A stretch of 29,852 nt of DNA from a virus (Duplodnaviria; Caudoviricetes). Where the stretch lies: IMG/VR virus record IMGVR_UViG_3300036783_000352, positions 1-29,852 of that record, one strand, 5' to 3'. Made by a program: the position numbers and the translations under genes. Under the pieces are notes generated by a model that worked only from the letters and a program-made list of their open reading frames with translations, was not told the origin of the DNA and ran no database searches. Below are positions 8,104 through 17,044 of the stretch, one piece after another (within the stretch, counting starts at the first letter, position 1; each line of letters opens with the position of its first letter).

Positions 8104-9135
8104 TTACTCCTTCCGCGATTCAAGTTCGTAGGGTTTAAACCTGATAACTTCCATTCCGATCCAGTCGTTAAGCTCTTTCATTCGCTCCTGCAATGGCGTC
8201 AGCTCGTTACGCACAAAGACCTGTGCGGCTTTCACCACGTCACCAAATCCGCCGGTGTTGTTCGGCATTACGCCCATCATCTGCGGCGGTACGCGGTGCG
8301 CGCTCATTAAGTCCTCGGCGCTCGCTTTCTTGATGTTAAAGAAATCGTCTTTGGTAGCTACCTCGCTGAGCGGCAAAATCTTGATACCGTCGGGCTTGCC
8401 GTTCGGGGCATAGTAAAACAGATTCTTAAAGTTCCCCAGACCCTTTGAGCTGCGCATGGCCTTGCGTAGCTCGTCGACGTCGGTGCCGCTTTGTGCGGAG
8501 TCAGTGACATACATGATGTAACCTGCGTGTGCGCCGTTCTGGTAATACTTGCGGCGGAACAGCGTCGCGGATTCATTCAGCCAGGCTGAATTGAGCGCCG
8601 CCAGGTATTCCGGCAGACCGTAAATCTCCTGATTGATATCAGGCTCCAGCAGATGAAACACCGAGCCCGGCGCAAATTCATGCGGGCTGGTAAACGACTG
8701 CACAAACCAGTAAACCCCCTGGGCTACACCTTTTCGCGTGTACTTGGCCGGTGACGTCTCCAGCTTTAAGAGCCGGTTGGTCATGCTCAGACGCTTCTCA
8801 ATAAACGCGTTGCCAAACACCAGGAAATCCAGCGCGAAGCGGCTGAAATCCTGCTGCGAAAGCAACGGGTGCGGGATAAACGTCGAGGCGAGAATATTGC
8901 GCTTAACGTAAATCGGTGAGCTGTGATGAACGGCGGCGCGCAGCGTTTTCGCCAGGCCCGTAAAGCTGACCGGCGGCTCGTACCAGTCACCGTTAGCGAC
9001 GCATTCCGCATAATCCAGGATGTCGCGCCGATCCAGTACGGCTGACGGCTCGCCAAAGGTGAACGCCTCCATTTTTTGGGATGGGGCCGGGGGCGCTTCC
9101 TGCGCCGGGGTGTTGTGCTTTTTGCGCTTGCTCAT
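8104..9135 (-). CDS. Q: Portal protein
   Basis: 343 aa; EAFTFGEP, HHSSPIYVKRN, YYQNGAHAG, AHRVPPQMMG. Confidence 0.97.
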   Translation of the reverse strand: MSKRKKHNTPAQEAPPAPSQKMEAFTFGEPSAVLDRRDILDYAECVANGDWYEPPVSFTGLAKTLRAAVHHSSPIYVKRNILASTFIPHPLLSQQDFSRFALDFLVFGNAFIEKRLSMTNRLLKLETSPAKYTRKGVAQGVYWFVQSFTSPHEFAPGSVFHLLEPDINQEIYGLPEYLAALNSAWLNESATLFRRKYYQNGAHAGYIMYVTDSAQSGTDVDELRKAMRSSKGLGNFKNLFYYAPNGKPDGIKILPLSEVATKDDFFNIKKASAEDLMSAHRVPPQMMGVMPNNTGGFGDVVKAAQVFVRNELTPLQERMKELNDWIGMEVIRFKPYELESRKE

Positions 9136-9809
9136 TTCGCCGCCTTATTTTTTTCCTGCGGCCAGACAGCCGAAAACAGCATGTCAAAATCCTCTGCCGG
9201 ATACTGCGATTTAAGTGCGGGCAGATTCAGAATTGTGCTCTCCTGGGCGTGTGCGTCCTGGGCGGAGAGTCGCTGCTGGTTCTCCGGTTTTTCTGTCGCC
9301 CAAAGCCTGTAGGCCTCGTTACTTGGTGAGGGTGTTGTATAGGCGGTAAAGCGATATTTTGCTTGTGCTGCTAATCCCTTAGCCACCTTGAATAAATTGG
9401 CCGGTTTTTCCGCCCAGGCGTATTCACTGACATACACGTTTCCATGCTTCGCCGCAAAATGGTCGTACTCGCCCATAAAGCCAATTTCAGCACCGTTCGC
9501 CAGCTGGATAGAAGAGTTATCCGGGGGGATTTCTACGCCCGCAAGTGCGGCAAAGTGAACAATTCGTTGCCGGTTCTGCGCTACTGCGTGGTCTGCGGCG
9601 GGTGCCAGAAAATATTGATTGCGGCCCGTCTCGATGGCGTCAATCAATGCCTCAAGCGAGAAATACCAGTCGGCCCCGCACTGCCGGGTTTTAGTGATGT
9701 GGCGGGTGCGGCTCTGTGAAATAAACCAGCGGCGCTGGTACTCAAAGCCGGTGCGGGAAAGCAGGTTTTTTAACGTGGCGGCTTGCAGGCCGGTAAATTC
9801 ATAGCGCAT
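9132..9809 (-). CDS. Terminase ATPase-domain paralog lacking the nuclease domain, 225 aa
   Basis: Collinear with gpP of this window: FEYQ, KTRQCGAD, TGRNQYFL, NGAEIGFMG, VYVSE, YTTPS, AEDF; coupled to P (TAATG) and Q (ATGA). Confidence 0.85.
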   Translation of the reverse strand: MRYEFTGLQAATLKNLLSRTGFEYQRRWFISQSRTRHITKTRQCGADWYFSLEALIDAIETGRNQYFLAPAADHAVAQNRQRIVHFAALAGVEIPPDNSSIQLANGAEIGFMGEYDHFAAKHGNVYVSEYAWAEKPANLFKVAKGLAAQAKYRFTAYTTPSPSNEAYRLWATEKPENQQRLSAQDAHAQESTILNLPALKSQYPAEDFDMLFSAVWPQEKNKAAK

Positions 9810-11581
9810 TAGTTGAACTCCAGAATAGATACAGGGGCGGTGCCACTACCTGCGGTCAGCGGCTCATTTAAAAGGGCGTGCATGGTTGCCCATGCCACGT
9901 CTGCGTGGCTGGCTTCCTCGCTGCGGCTGGCGTCGTAAGTGGCGCTGCGGCCGCTGCTGGTCATGGTTTTGCGGATTGACATAAACGAGGCGGTGATGTC
10001 GGTGTAGCTGACGTCATACTCCAGGCAACCGCGGGCGATGGTGTCTTTGGCTTTCAGCACCATGGCGGTTTTCACCTCCGGGCTGTAGCGGATTTCACGC
10101 GCTGCGGGGTAGAAACCACGGACAAGCTGGTAAACCCCCTGGCCGATGCCGGTTGCATCGATGCCGATATACTCGACGTGGTATTTTTCGGTCAGCTTTC
10201 TGATGGACTCCGCCTGCGTGGCAAAATCCATCCCCTTCCACTGGTGGCGCTCCAGAATGCGGAACTTGCCCCCGGCGACGACCGGCGGGGCCAGCACCAC
10301 GCATCCGGCGCTGTCGCCGGTGTGCGACGGGTCGTAACCAATCCATACCGGACGATAGCCAAACGGGCGCGTCGCGAACGGTTGCCAGTCGTCAGCCCAG
10401 GCTTCCATGCTGTCGACCATACAGCGTTGCAGCTCCTCAAACGGGAATACGGACGCCTTATCGTCGACAAACTCGCACATGAAGAGATTGCGGAAATCCT
10501 CGGCGCTGTTTTCGCGCTTAAGCGTGTCCAGATTGAAAAGGTCGCAGCCGCCGGCGAGCGCGTCCTCAATCGTCACAATCTGCCGCCACTGACCATCCGC
10601 GCAGGCCATGCCGTTTTTTAGCGCAGCATGGCTGACGTCCAGGTCGACACGCTCGCTTTTATCTGCCCGGCCTTTGTTGAACAGCTCACCCGACCAGAAC
10701 GGGTAAGCCCCGTGCGCCAGTGTCGACGGGGTGGAAAAGTAGGTCGAGCGCAGGTGTTGCTGTGAGGCCATGCCGGAGGCGACCTTTCGCAGCTTCTGAA
10801 AGTTGGGTATCCAGAAAATTTCGTCGACCAGCAGGTCGCCGTTATGGCTCTGCGCTGTGTTGGAATTTGTGCCGAGAAAAATCAGCTTTGCGCCGTTGTT
10901 GCCGAGTACGATCGGGTCGCCGGTCAGGTCAACATCGACCAGTCGCGCAAACTGAATGATGTACTCGCGGAATACGTAGGCCTGCGTCTTGCTGGCCGAG
11001 AGGAAAATCTGGTTATGGCCGGTTTTCAGGGCGCGCAGCAGCGACTCGCGGGAGAAATAAAACGTCGCGCCAATCTGGCGGGATTTAAGAATGTTACGGA
11101 TACGGTGCGCCAGCCCGGCCCTGTGCCAGCCGAGCTGATACTCGAAGGATTCCGCAAAGAAAATCTCCTCGAGCTTTTCGATAGCCTCCTCGCTGAAATA
11201 GTTCTTTTTCGGCTTCTTGCGCTCCCCTTTGTTCCTGTTTGCCACGTTCGGATTCAGGTCGACCTCGTTACCCGTCTGGCCGTAGCGATTCACCCTGGCT
11301 AAACGCTCCATTTGTCGTGACAAAAAGTCAGCGACTTTGAAGTCGTGCGCGGTCAGGTCGGGCTTTGCATAGAGCTGAATTAATCGCGCCTCCAGCGTGT
11401 TTTCAACCCGGCTTATCGGGGCGGTTTCCTCCCACTGGTCGCGCTGTTTCCAGCTCTGCACCGTGGGGCGTTTGGTCTTGAGCATTTCCGCGATTTGCGG
11501 CACGGAAAAGCCCTGCCAGTAGAGCAGGGCGGCCTGCCGTCGTGGGTCGTTAAGAATGGAGGTGTCAGTGGTGATGGTCAT
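9809..11581 (-). CDS. P: Terminase large (ATPase/nuclease) subunit
   Basis: 590 aa; LKSRQIGAT, LLVDE, WIGYDPS, HADVAWA. Confidence 0.97.
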   Translation of the reverse strand: MTITTDTSILNDPRRQAALLYWQGFSVPQIAEMLKTKRPTVQSWKQRDQWEETAPISRVENTLEARLIQLYAKPDLTAHDFKVADFLSRQMERLARVNRYGQTGNEVDLNPNVANRNKGERKKPKKNYFSEEAIEKLEEIFFAESFEYQLGWHRAGLAHRIRNILKSRQIGATFYFSRESLLRALKTGHNQIFLSASKTQAYVFREYIIQFARLVDVDLTGDPIVLGNNGAKLIFLGTNSNTAQSHNGDLLVDEIFWIPNFQKLRKVASGMASQQHLRSTYFSTPSTLAHGAYPFWSGELFNKGRADKSERVDLDVSHAALKNGMACADGQWRQIVTIEDALAGGCDLFNLDTLKRENSAEDFRNLFMCEFVDDKASVFPFEELQRCMVDSMEAWADDWQPFATRPFGYRPVWIGYDPSHTGDSAGCVVLAPPVVAGGKFRILERHQWKGMDFATQAESIRKLTEKYHVEYIGIDATGIGQGVYQLVRGFYPAAREIRYSPEVKTAMVLKAKDTIARGCLEYDVSYTDITASFMSIRKTMTSSGRSATYDASRSEEASHADVAWATMHALLNEPLTAGSGTAPVSILEFN

Positions 11582-11648
11582 GAATGCCTCGCCGTTAATA
11601 AAGTAAAGGCAAGGCTAAAGAAATGACGGACTGCGCGCCGTAAGGTGC

Positions 11649-11670
11649 TGTTGTGTCAGGGGTTGCACTT
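11649..11670. promoter_or_regulatory. Ogr-dependent late promoter element between divergent P and O
   Basis: TGTTGTGTCA, shared as TGTTGTRYYA with the regions upstream of V (17489) and FI (21482). Confidence 0.55.
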
Positions 11671-11741
11671 CTGTAACGGGTGGTCGGGGTGGGGCGAGTC
11701 GGGAAAACTAGGCGTCTCAAACCCAACCAGGACAACCGAGA

Positions 11742-12593
11742 ATGGCAAAGACAAAGAAGATTTCGAAATGGTTTCGCATTGGCGTCGAGGGTGACACCTG
11801 CGATGGCCGCATTATCAGCGGCGCTGATATTCAGGAAATGGCTGACACCTACGACACCCGCGTTTACGGGGCGCGCATCAATCTGGAGCATATCAAGGGC
11901 CTGATGCCTGACAGTCCTTTCTGCCGCTATGGTGATGTGGCCGAGGTGAAAGCCGAGAAGATTTCCGACGACTCCGCGCTGAACGGCAAGCTTGCTTTAT
12001 TCGCCCGTATCGCCCCGCTGGATAACCTGGTCGAGATGGTCGGCAAGGGCCAGAAAGTTTATACCTCTATGGAAATTCGCCCGAATTTCTCTAACTCCGG
12101 GAAGTGCTATCTGGTTGGTCTGGCCGTTACCGACGACCCGGCAAGCCTCGGCACGGAATACCTTGAGTTTTGTTCCCGCGCCAGAACTAACCCGCTCGCC
12201 GGTCGCAAAGAGTGCCCGGAAGATTTGTTCTCTGTTGCCACGCTCGCCGTACTGGAATTTGAAGAGCAGGCCGACACCATGTTTACCGCCCTGGCCGACA
12301 AGGTGAAAGGTATTTTCAGCCGCAAGCAGGCCAGCGACGACGCCCGATTTACTGACGTGCATGAGGCGGTAACGGTGGTGACTGAGCAGGTGCAGGCCAA
12401 TCACGAAGCCACCGAGCAGCGCCTTGCGGCGGTGGAATTATCCCTCCAGACCCTGACGGCCAGCGTTGGCGAAAGTCAGACCGAGCTGACCTCGCTCAAG
12501 ACCACGCTGGATAAAACAGAAAACCAGACATATTCGCGCCGCCAGAAGAGCACCGGCGGGGAAGGTGACGAGACGAGTCTGACCGACTGCTGA
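11742..12593 (+). CDS. O: Capsid scaffolding protein/protease
   Basis: WFRIGVEGDTCDGR, RINLEH, YTSMEI, GLAVTDDPASLGTE. Confidence 0.96.
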   Translation: MAKTKKISKWFRIGVEGDTCDGRIISGADIQEMADTYDTRVYGARINLEHIKGLMPDSPFCRYGDVAEVKAEKISDDSALNGKLALFARIAPLDNLVEMVGKGQKVYTSMEIRPNFSNSGKCYLVGLAVTDDPASLGTEYLEFCSRARTNPLAGRKECPEDLFSVATLAVLEFEEQADTMFTALADKVKGIFSRKQASDDARFTDVHEAVTVVTEQVQANHEATEQRLAAVELSLQTLTASVGESQTELTSLKTTLDKTENQTYSRRQKSTGGEGDETSLTDC

Positions 12594-12639
12594 TAGCTCC
12601 GCTGGCCCAAAACAATGACTAAACAGGAAATCACGAATA

Positions 12640-13791
12640 ATGCGTAAAGAAACCCGCTTTGAATTTAATAAGTACCTGAGCCGTATTGCCGAGCTGAACG
12701 GCGTCGACGTTGCCGATCTGAATAAAAAATTCAGCGTCGAGCCGTCGGTGACACAGAAGCTCTTTGATAAAATTCAGCAGTCCTCTTCCTTCCTGAAACA
12801 AATCAATATGATTGTGGTGCAGGAGCTGACGGAGGAAAAAGTCGGTATTGATGTCACCGGTTCCATTGCCAGCACGGCGGATACCGACAACGGCGTCGAG
12901 CGTAAAACCGCCGATTTTGCAAAGCTTGATTCCTTCCGCTACTTCTGCAAGCCGGTCAACTTTGACTATCACCTGAAGTACAACAAGCTGGATTTATGGG
13001 CGCGTTTCCAGGACTTCCAGATCCGAATCCGTAACGCCATCGTCAAGCGCCAGTCGCTGGACTACATCACCATTGGTTTTAACGGCGTGAGCCGTGCCGC
13101 CACTTCAAACCGCACCGAAAACCCGATGTTGCAGGACGTCGCGGTCGGCTGGTTGCAGAAGTACCGCAACGACGCGCCGAACCGCGTGATGAGTAAGGTT
13201 GTCGACGACGAGGGCGCGGTGGTTTCCGACACCATCAAAATTGGCCCGAAAGCCAAAGGCGGAAACTACGCAAACCTCGATGCGCTGGTGATGGATGCGC
13301 ACGAATCCCTGATTGACGAGATTCACCGCGAAAACCCGGAAATGGTGGTCATTTGTGGCCGCCGTATCCTGACCGACAAATATTTCCCGATGATTAACAA
13401 GTTCCAGGCGAACAGCGAACAGCTCGCCGGTGAGCTGATTATTAGCCAGAAAACCATCGGCCAGCTCCAGGCGGTGCGCGCGCCGTTCTTCCCGGCCAAC
13501 AGCATTTTCATTACCACGCTGGATAATATTTCTATCTATCTCTACGAGGACGGCCATCGCCGCCACATCGTCGAGAATCCGAAGCTTGACCAGGTGGAAA
13601 ACTACGAGCAGGTGAAGGTCGATTTTGTTATCGAAGACTACGCCGCCGGCTGTCTGATTGAGAATATCGAGATTCTGGAGCAGGACGAAGCCGAAACCCC
13701 GGAAACGGCAAGCGCAGACGTCTTTGCGGCGGCGGTGGTCAATGCCCTGAAAGCGCTGACTTCCCCGGAAGATAACGGCGGGGCGGAGTAA
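12640..13791 (+). CDS. N: Major capsid protein
   Basis: MRKETRFEFNKYL, KFSVEPSVTQ, NPMLQDVAVGWLQKYR. Confidence 0.96.
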   Translation: MRKETRFEFNKYLSRIAELNGVDVADLNKKFSVEPSVTQKLFDKIQQSSSFLKQINMIVVQELTEEKVGIDVTGSIASTADTDNGVERKTADFAKLDSFRYFCKPVNFDYHLKYNKLDLWARFQDFQIRIRNAIVKRQSLDYITIGFNGVSRAATSNRTENPMLQDVAVGWLQKYRNDAPNRVMSKVVDDEGAVVSDTIKIGPKAKGGNYANLDALVMDAHESLIDEIHRENPEMVVICGRRILTDKYFPMINKFQANSEQLAGELIISQKTIGQLQAVRAPFFPANSIFITTLDNISIYLYEDGHRRHIVENPKLDQVENYEQVKVDFVIEDYAAGCLIENIEILEQDEAETPETASADVFAAAVVNALKALTSPEDNGGAE

Positions 13792-13794
13792 CTT

Positions 13795-14550
13795 ATGGCG
13801 AGCCCCGCGCAGCGTTACATGATGCGGGTCTCGGCCACGATGGCCGCGCAGCGGGACGATAACCCGCTGCGTCATGCCTCTGCTTACGAGCAGATGCTGG
13901 TCAAGCTGGCCGCCGACCAACGCACGTTAAAAACCATTCATTCCATCGAGCGCAAGGCCGACAAAAAGCGCGAGCTGCTGCCGTTTTACGCGCCGTGGGT
14001 CGCCGGTGTGCTGGCCGAAGGCAAGGGCGCGCAGGATGACATTGTGATGACCGTCATGCTGTGGAAGCTGGACGCCGGTGATATTGCCGGAGCGCTGGAG
14101 ATTGCCCGCTATGCGTTGCAGTACGGTCTCACTATGCCATCCCTGCACAAACGCACCACGCCTTACGTACTGGCCGAAGATGTTGCCCTGGCTGCCATGC
14201 GCGCCCACGGTGCCGGGGAGCCGGTCGACGTTGGCCCGTTACTGACCGCGCAGGCGCTGACCGCCGGAGCGGATATGCCCGACAAGGTGCGCGCTAAGCT
14301 GCACAAAATCATCGGTCTGGTGCAGCGTGACCACGGGCAGCAGGTTGAGGCACTGACGCAGCTCCGCAGGGCCATGCAGCTTGACCCGCAGGCGGGCGTT
14401 AAAAAGGATATTGAGCGACTGGAAAGCGCGCTGAAGCCTAAGCCCGCACCTGCGGCAAAACCCCGAACAACCCCGCGCCCGCGTAAGGCCGAAGTGAAAC
14501 CGGCCAGAAAACGTGGACGTCCAAAAAAGGCGGATAAGCCCGCCGGTTAA
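13795..14550 (+). CDS. M: Terminase small subunit
   Basis: MASPAQR, AYEQMLVKL, GVKKDIERLE, basic tail. Confidence 0.95.
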   Translation: MASPAQRYMMRVSATMAAQRDDNPLRHASAYEQMLVKLAADQRTLKTIHSIERKADKKRELLPFYAPWVAGVLAEGKGAQDDIVMTVMLWKLDAGDIAGALEIARYALQYGLTMPSLHKRTTPYVLAEDVALAAMRAHGAGEPVDVGPLLTAQALTAGADMPDKVRAKLHKIIGLVQRDHGQQVEALTQLRRAMQLDPQAGVKKDIERLESALKPKPAPAAKPRTTPRPRKAEVKPARKRGRPKKADKPAG

Positions 14551-14644
14551 CAGAACGCGCCCCGCGCCGGGCGGCACACCGGTTGAGACTGGATTTCATC
14601 CTCATCAATACCGGCGTCCACCGCCCACCTATTTAGAGGTTGTC

Positions 14645-15151
14645 ATGACGACTGTGATTATCAGTAAGCCTGGAGCGCCGCAGGCCGGGCAGGGTGTGGT
14701 TATTCCCCCGCTGCCGGTGGCCGAGGCGGTTATCCGCAACACGGCTTTTTTCCCGGATGTTGAGCCGGTACGTGTTCGTGAGCTGCTGCGACTGGAGCAC
14801 ACGGTAACGCCGGTGCGCCTGCGTCGGGCGATTATCGACGGTATGGCGGAAACCAACGCCGAGCTAAAAGAATATCGCGAAATACAATCCGCCCTCGGCT
14901 ATGAACGTCTGGCCGATGTTCCGGCAGATGAAATCGACGGCGAAAGTGTGCGCTGTTTTTACTACCTGCAAGCCGTTACGGCAATGGCGACTGCGAAGCT
15001 TTACGAGGGGTATCGCGGCGTGGATGCCAGCGCGAAGGGGGACAAAAAGGCTGACAGCGTGGAAAGCACTATTGATGAAATGTGGCGCGATATGCGCTGG
15101 GCGGTGTCCCGGTTGCAGGATAAATCGCGCTGCATCATCGGGCAAATCTGA
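14645..15151 (+). CDS. L: Head completion protein
   Basis: GAGG RBS; IRNTAFFPD...YRGVDAS...WRDMRWAVSRLQ. Confidence 0.92.
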   Translation: MTTVIISKPGAPQAGQGVVIPPLPVAEAVIRNTAFFPDVEPVRVRELLRLEHTVTPVRLRRAIIDGMAETNAELKEYREIQSALGYERLADVPADEIDGESVRCFYYLQAVTAMATAKLYEGYRGVDASAKGDKKADSVESTIDEMWRDMRWAVSRLQDKSRCIIGQI

Positions 15152-15354
15152 TGAAGGTTATCGCCCTCCAGGGCGACACGCTGGACGCGCTTTGCGCCCG
15201 CTACTACGGGCGCACCGAGGGCGTGGTCGAGGTTGTGCTGCGGGCTAACCCCGGCCTCGCTGAGCTGGGCGAAGAAATGCCGCACGGCACCGCCGTTGAG
15301 CTGCCCGATATCAATACTTCCCCGGTTACGGAGACGGTGAATTTATGGGACTGA
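15151..15354 (+). CDS. X: Tail protein X
   Basis: QGDTLDALCARYYGRTEGVVE...NPGLAELG...VNLWD. Confidence 0.95.
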   Translation: MKVIALQGDTLDALCARYYGRTEGVVEVVLRANPGLAELGEEMPHGTAVELPDINTSPVTETVNLWD

Positions 15355-15356
15355 CG

Positions 15357-15566
15357 ATGGAAAAAATTACGACGTTTGTCACTTACTGGCTGTCCGTCGC
15401 GCTGGCGTATTTTGGCGCGCAGATGCCGGAGAAAATGGCGCTTTATGTGGGCGTTGGTTGTGCAATTTTTACCGCGCTGGTGAATTTCTGGTATCGCCGC
15501 CAGACGTTCAATTATCTGCGCTCAATGGGACTGAATGAGGGGGTGATACGTGGCCTCAATCGTTAA
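15357..15566 (+). CDS. Holin (HP1/186-type)
   Basis: 69 aa, hydrophobic segments, TALVNFWYRR; precedes the lysozyme. Confidence 0.85.
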   Translation: MEKITTFVTYWLSVALAYFGAQMPEKMALYVGVGCAIFTALVNFWYRRQTFNYLRSMGLNEGVIRGLNR

Positions 15567-16059
15567 ACGTTGCAGCGTGGCCGCCGTGCTGGCGCTGGCG
15601 GTACTGGTGCCTGATTTCAGGCTGCTGCAAACCTCCCCGCAGGGGCTGGCGCTGATTGCTGACCTTGAGGGATGTCGCCTGCGTCCATATCAGTGCAGCG
15701 CCGGGGTCTGGACGTCGGGCATCGGTCATACGGCAGGCGTGACGCCGAAAGGCGATATCACCGAGCGCCGGGCGGCGGAGAATCTCGTTGGCGACGTGCT
15801 GAACGTTGAGCGCAGGCTTGCGGTCTGCGCGCCGGTTGCCATGCCGCAGCCGGTCTATGATGCCGTGGTCAGCTTTGCTTTTAACGTCGGCACCGGTGCC
15901 GCCTGTCGCTCGACGCTGGTCTCGTTTATCAATCGCCAACAGTGGGCGCAGGCCTGCGCCCAGCTCCCGCGCTGGGTGTATGTCAACGGCGTCAAAAATA
16001 CCGGGCTCGAAAACCGCCGGGCGCGGGAGCTGACTTATTGCCTCAAGGGGGCCAGATGA
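15550..16059 (+). CDS. Endolysin, GH24 lysozyme with probable SAR N-terminus
   Basis: EGCRLRPYQCSAGVWTSGIGHT, SFAFNVG, GLENRRARE; weakly hydrophobic N-terminal AAVLALAVLV. Confidence 0.93.
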   Translation: MASIVKRCSVAAVLALAVLVPDFRLLQTSPQGLALIADLEGCRLRPYQCSAGVWTSGIGHTAGVTPKGDITERRAAENLVGDVLNVERRLAVCAPVAMPQPVYDAVVSFAFNVGTGAACRSTLVSFINRQQWAQACAQLPRWVYVNGVKNTGLENRRARELTYCLKGAR

Positions 16060-16481
16060 AAACGCTGATTATTTTGCTGCTGATGGCCGTCGCGGGTCTG
16101 ATGTGGATGAAACGTGAGAACGGCCAGCTTGCCCGCTCTTTTGAGAAAGCGAACCGCGTCGCCGGTGAGCAGAAAACCCAGATTACCATGCTGAAAAACC
16201 AGCTTAACGTCGCCGCTGGTATCCGCCAGCGCAACGAGCTGGCGCAGGTGGATTTAATCAACAAACTGGCTACTGCCAGCGCGCTTGCTGCGAGGCGCGG
16301 CAAAACCATGACGAGGTTACTCAATGAAAATAAAGCACTGCGTGACTGGTACGAGTCTGAGCTGCCTGATGATGTTATCCGGCTGCACACCCGCCCCGCC
16401 TTCGCCACTACCGCCGATTATTTACAGTGGCTGTCCGAAAGTGGCGCTGTGCCAGCTCCCGGCCAGCACTCCCCAAATTAA
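16056..16481 (+). CDS. lysB: Inner-membrane spanin
   Basis: N-terminal TM MKTLIILLLMAVAGL, coiled coil, LLNENKALRDW...LPDDVIRLH. Confidence 0.9.
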   Translation: MKTLIILLLMAVAGLMWMKRENGQLARSFEKANRVAGEQKTQITMLKNQLNVAAGIRQRNELAQVDLINKLATASALAARRGKTMTRLLNENKALRDWYESELPDDVIRLHTRPAFATTADYLQWLSESGAVPAPGQHSPN

Positions 16482-16614
16482 TGGCGACCTGAGCGACGAT
16501 GTTCGCCAGCTCGAAAGCGCCTGGGTGAGCTGTGCCGCCCAGGTGGAAACGATAAAACACTGTCAGGATAAACTCGATGCTGAAACCGATGAGCCTGCGC
16601 AAAGCGCTTTGTGA
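16324..16614 (+). CDS. lysC: Outer-membrane spanin lipoprotein
   Basis: Lipobox LSGC, Pro-rich, CPKVALCQLP, CAAQVE; overlaps lysB. Confidence 0.88.
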   Translation: MKIKHCVTGTSLSCLMMLSGCTPAPPSPLPPIIYSGCPKVALCQLPASTPQINGDLSDDVRQLESAWVSCAAQVETIKHCQDKLDAETDEPAQSAL

Positions 16615-17044
16615 AGCCGTGCCGGTGCTGGATAAAAACCCGGAGATGATGCGCATTTTTATCGACGCCGGAAAAATCCGCTCGACGCTGGCGACCTCGC
16701 TGTCGTTTGAAAATCAGTACACGCTGAATATCAGGGTGACGGACTATCACGGCGATCTGGATTACCTCGTTGTGCCGATCCAGTCGTGGGTGCGGAAAAA
16801 TCAGCCCGATATTATGACCACAACGGCGGGCCAGAAGGGCGGCTTTGTCTACGAGGCCGATATCAACACCGACGAAAGCGTCGACGTGAGTATCAGCCTG
16901 ATGCTGACCGAGCGGGTTATCGTCAAAGAGGAGGGCGACGCGCTGCACGTCCGGCATGTACCTGAGCCGCCGGAGCCTGAGCCGGTGCCGCGTCCGGTGG
17001 AGCTGTACGTTAATGGTGAGCTGGTGAGTGCGTGGGATGAGTGA
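16577..17044 (+). CDS. R: Tail completion protein
   Basis: MLKPMSLRKAL, SLSFENQYTLN, NQPDIM, LTERVIV. Confidence 0.93.
   Translation: MLKPMSLRKALCEAVPVLDKNPEMMRIFIDAGKIRSTLATSLSFENQYTLNIRVTDYHGDLDYLVVPIQSWVRKNQPDIMTTTAGQKGGFVYEADINTDESVDVSISLMLTERVIVKEEGDALHVRHVPEPPEPEPVPRPVELYVNGELVSAWDE

Noticed and set aside
9132-9809. Reading the terminase-like ORF as a pseudogene or recent duplication of P
   Set aside because: Frame intact, strongly diverged from P, and start and stop both coupled to neighbours
13105-13920. Long antisense ORFs (also 16478..17272, 25414..26364, 26632..27357)
   Set aside because: Shadows of GC-rich core genes, with no recognisable motifs
15345-15359. Possible dual-start holin/antiholin (ATG 15345 and 15357)
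   Set aside because: The extension MGLT has no positive charge and the first ATG lies within the conserved end of X; unsupported
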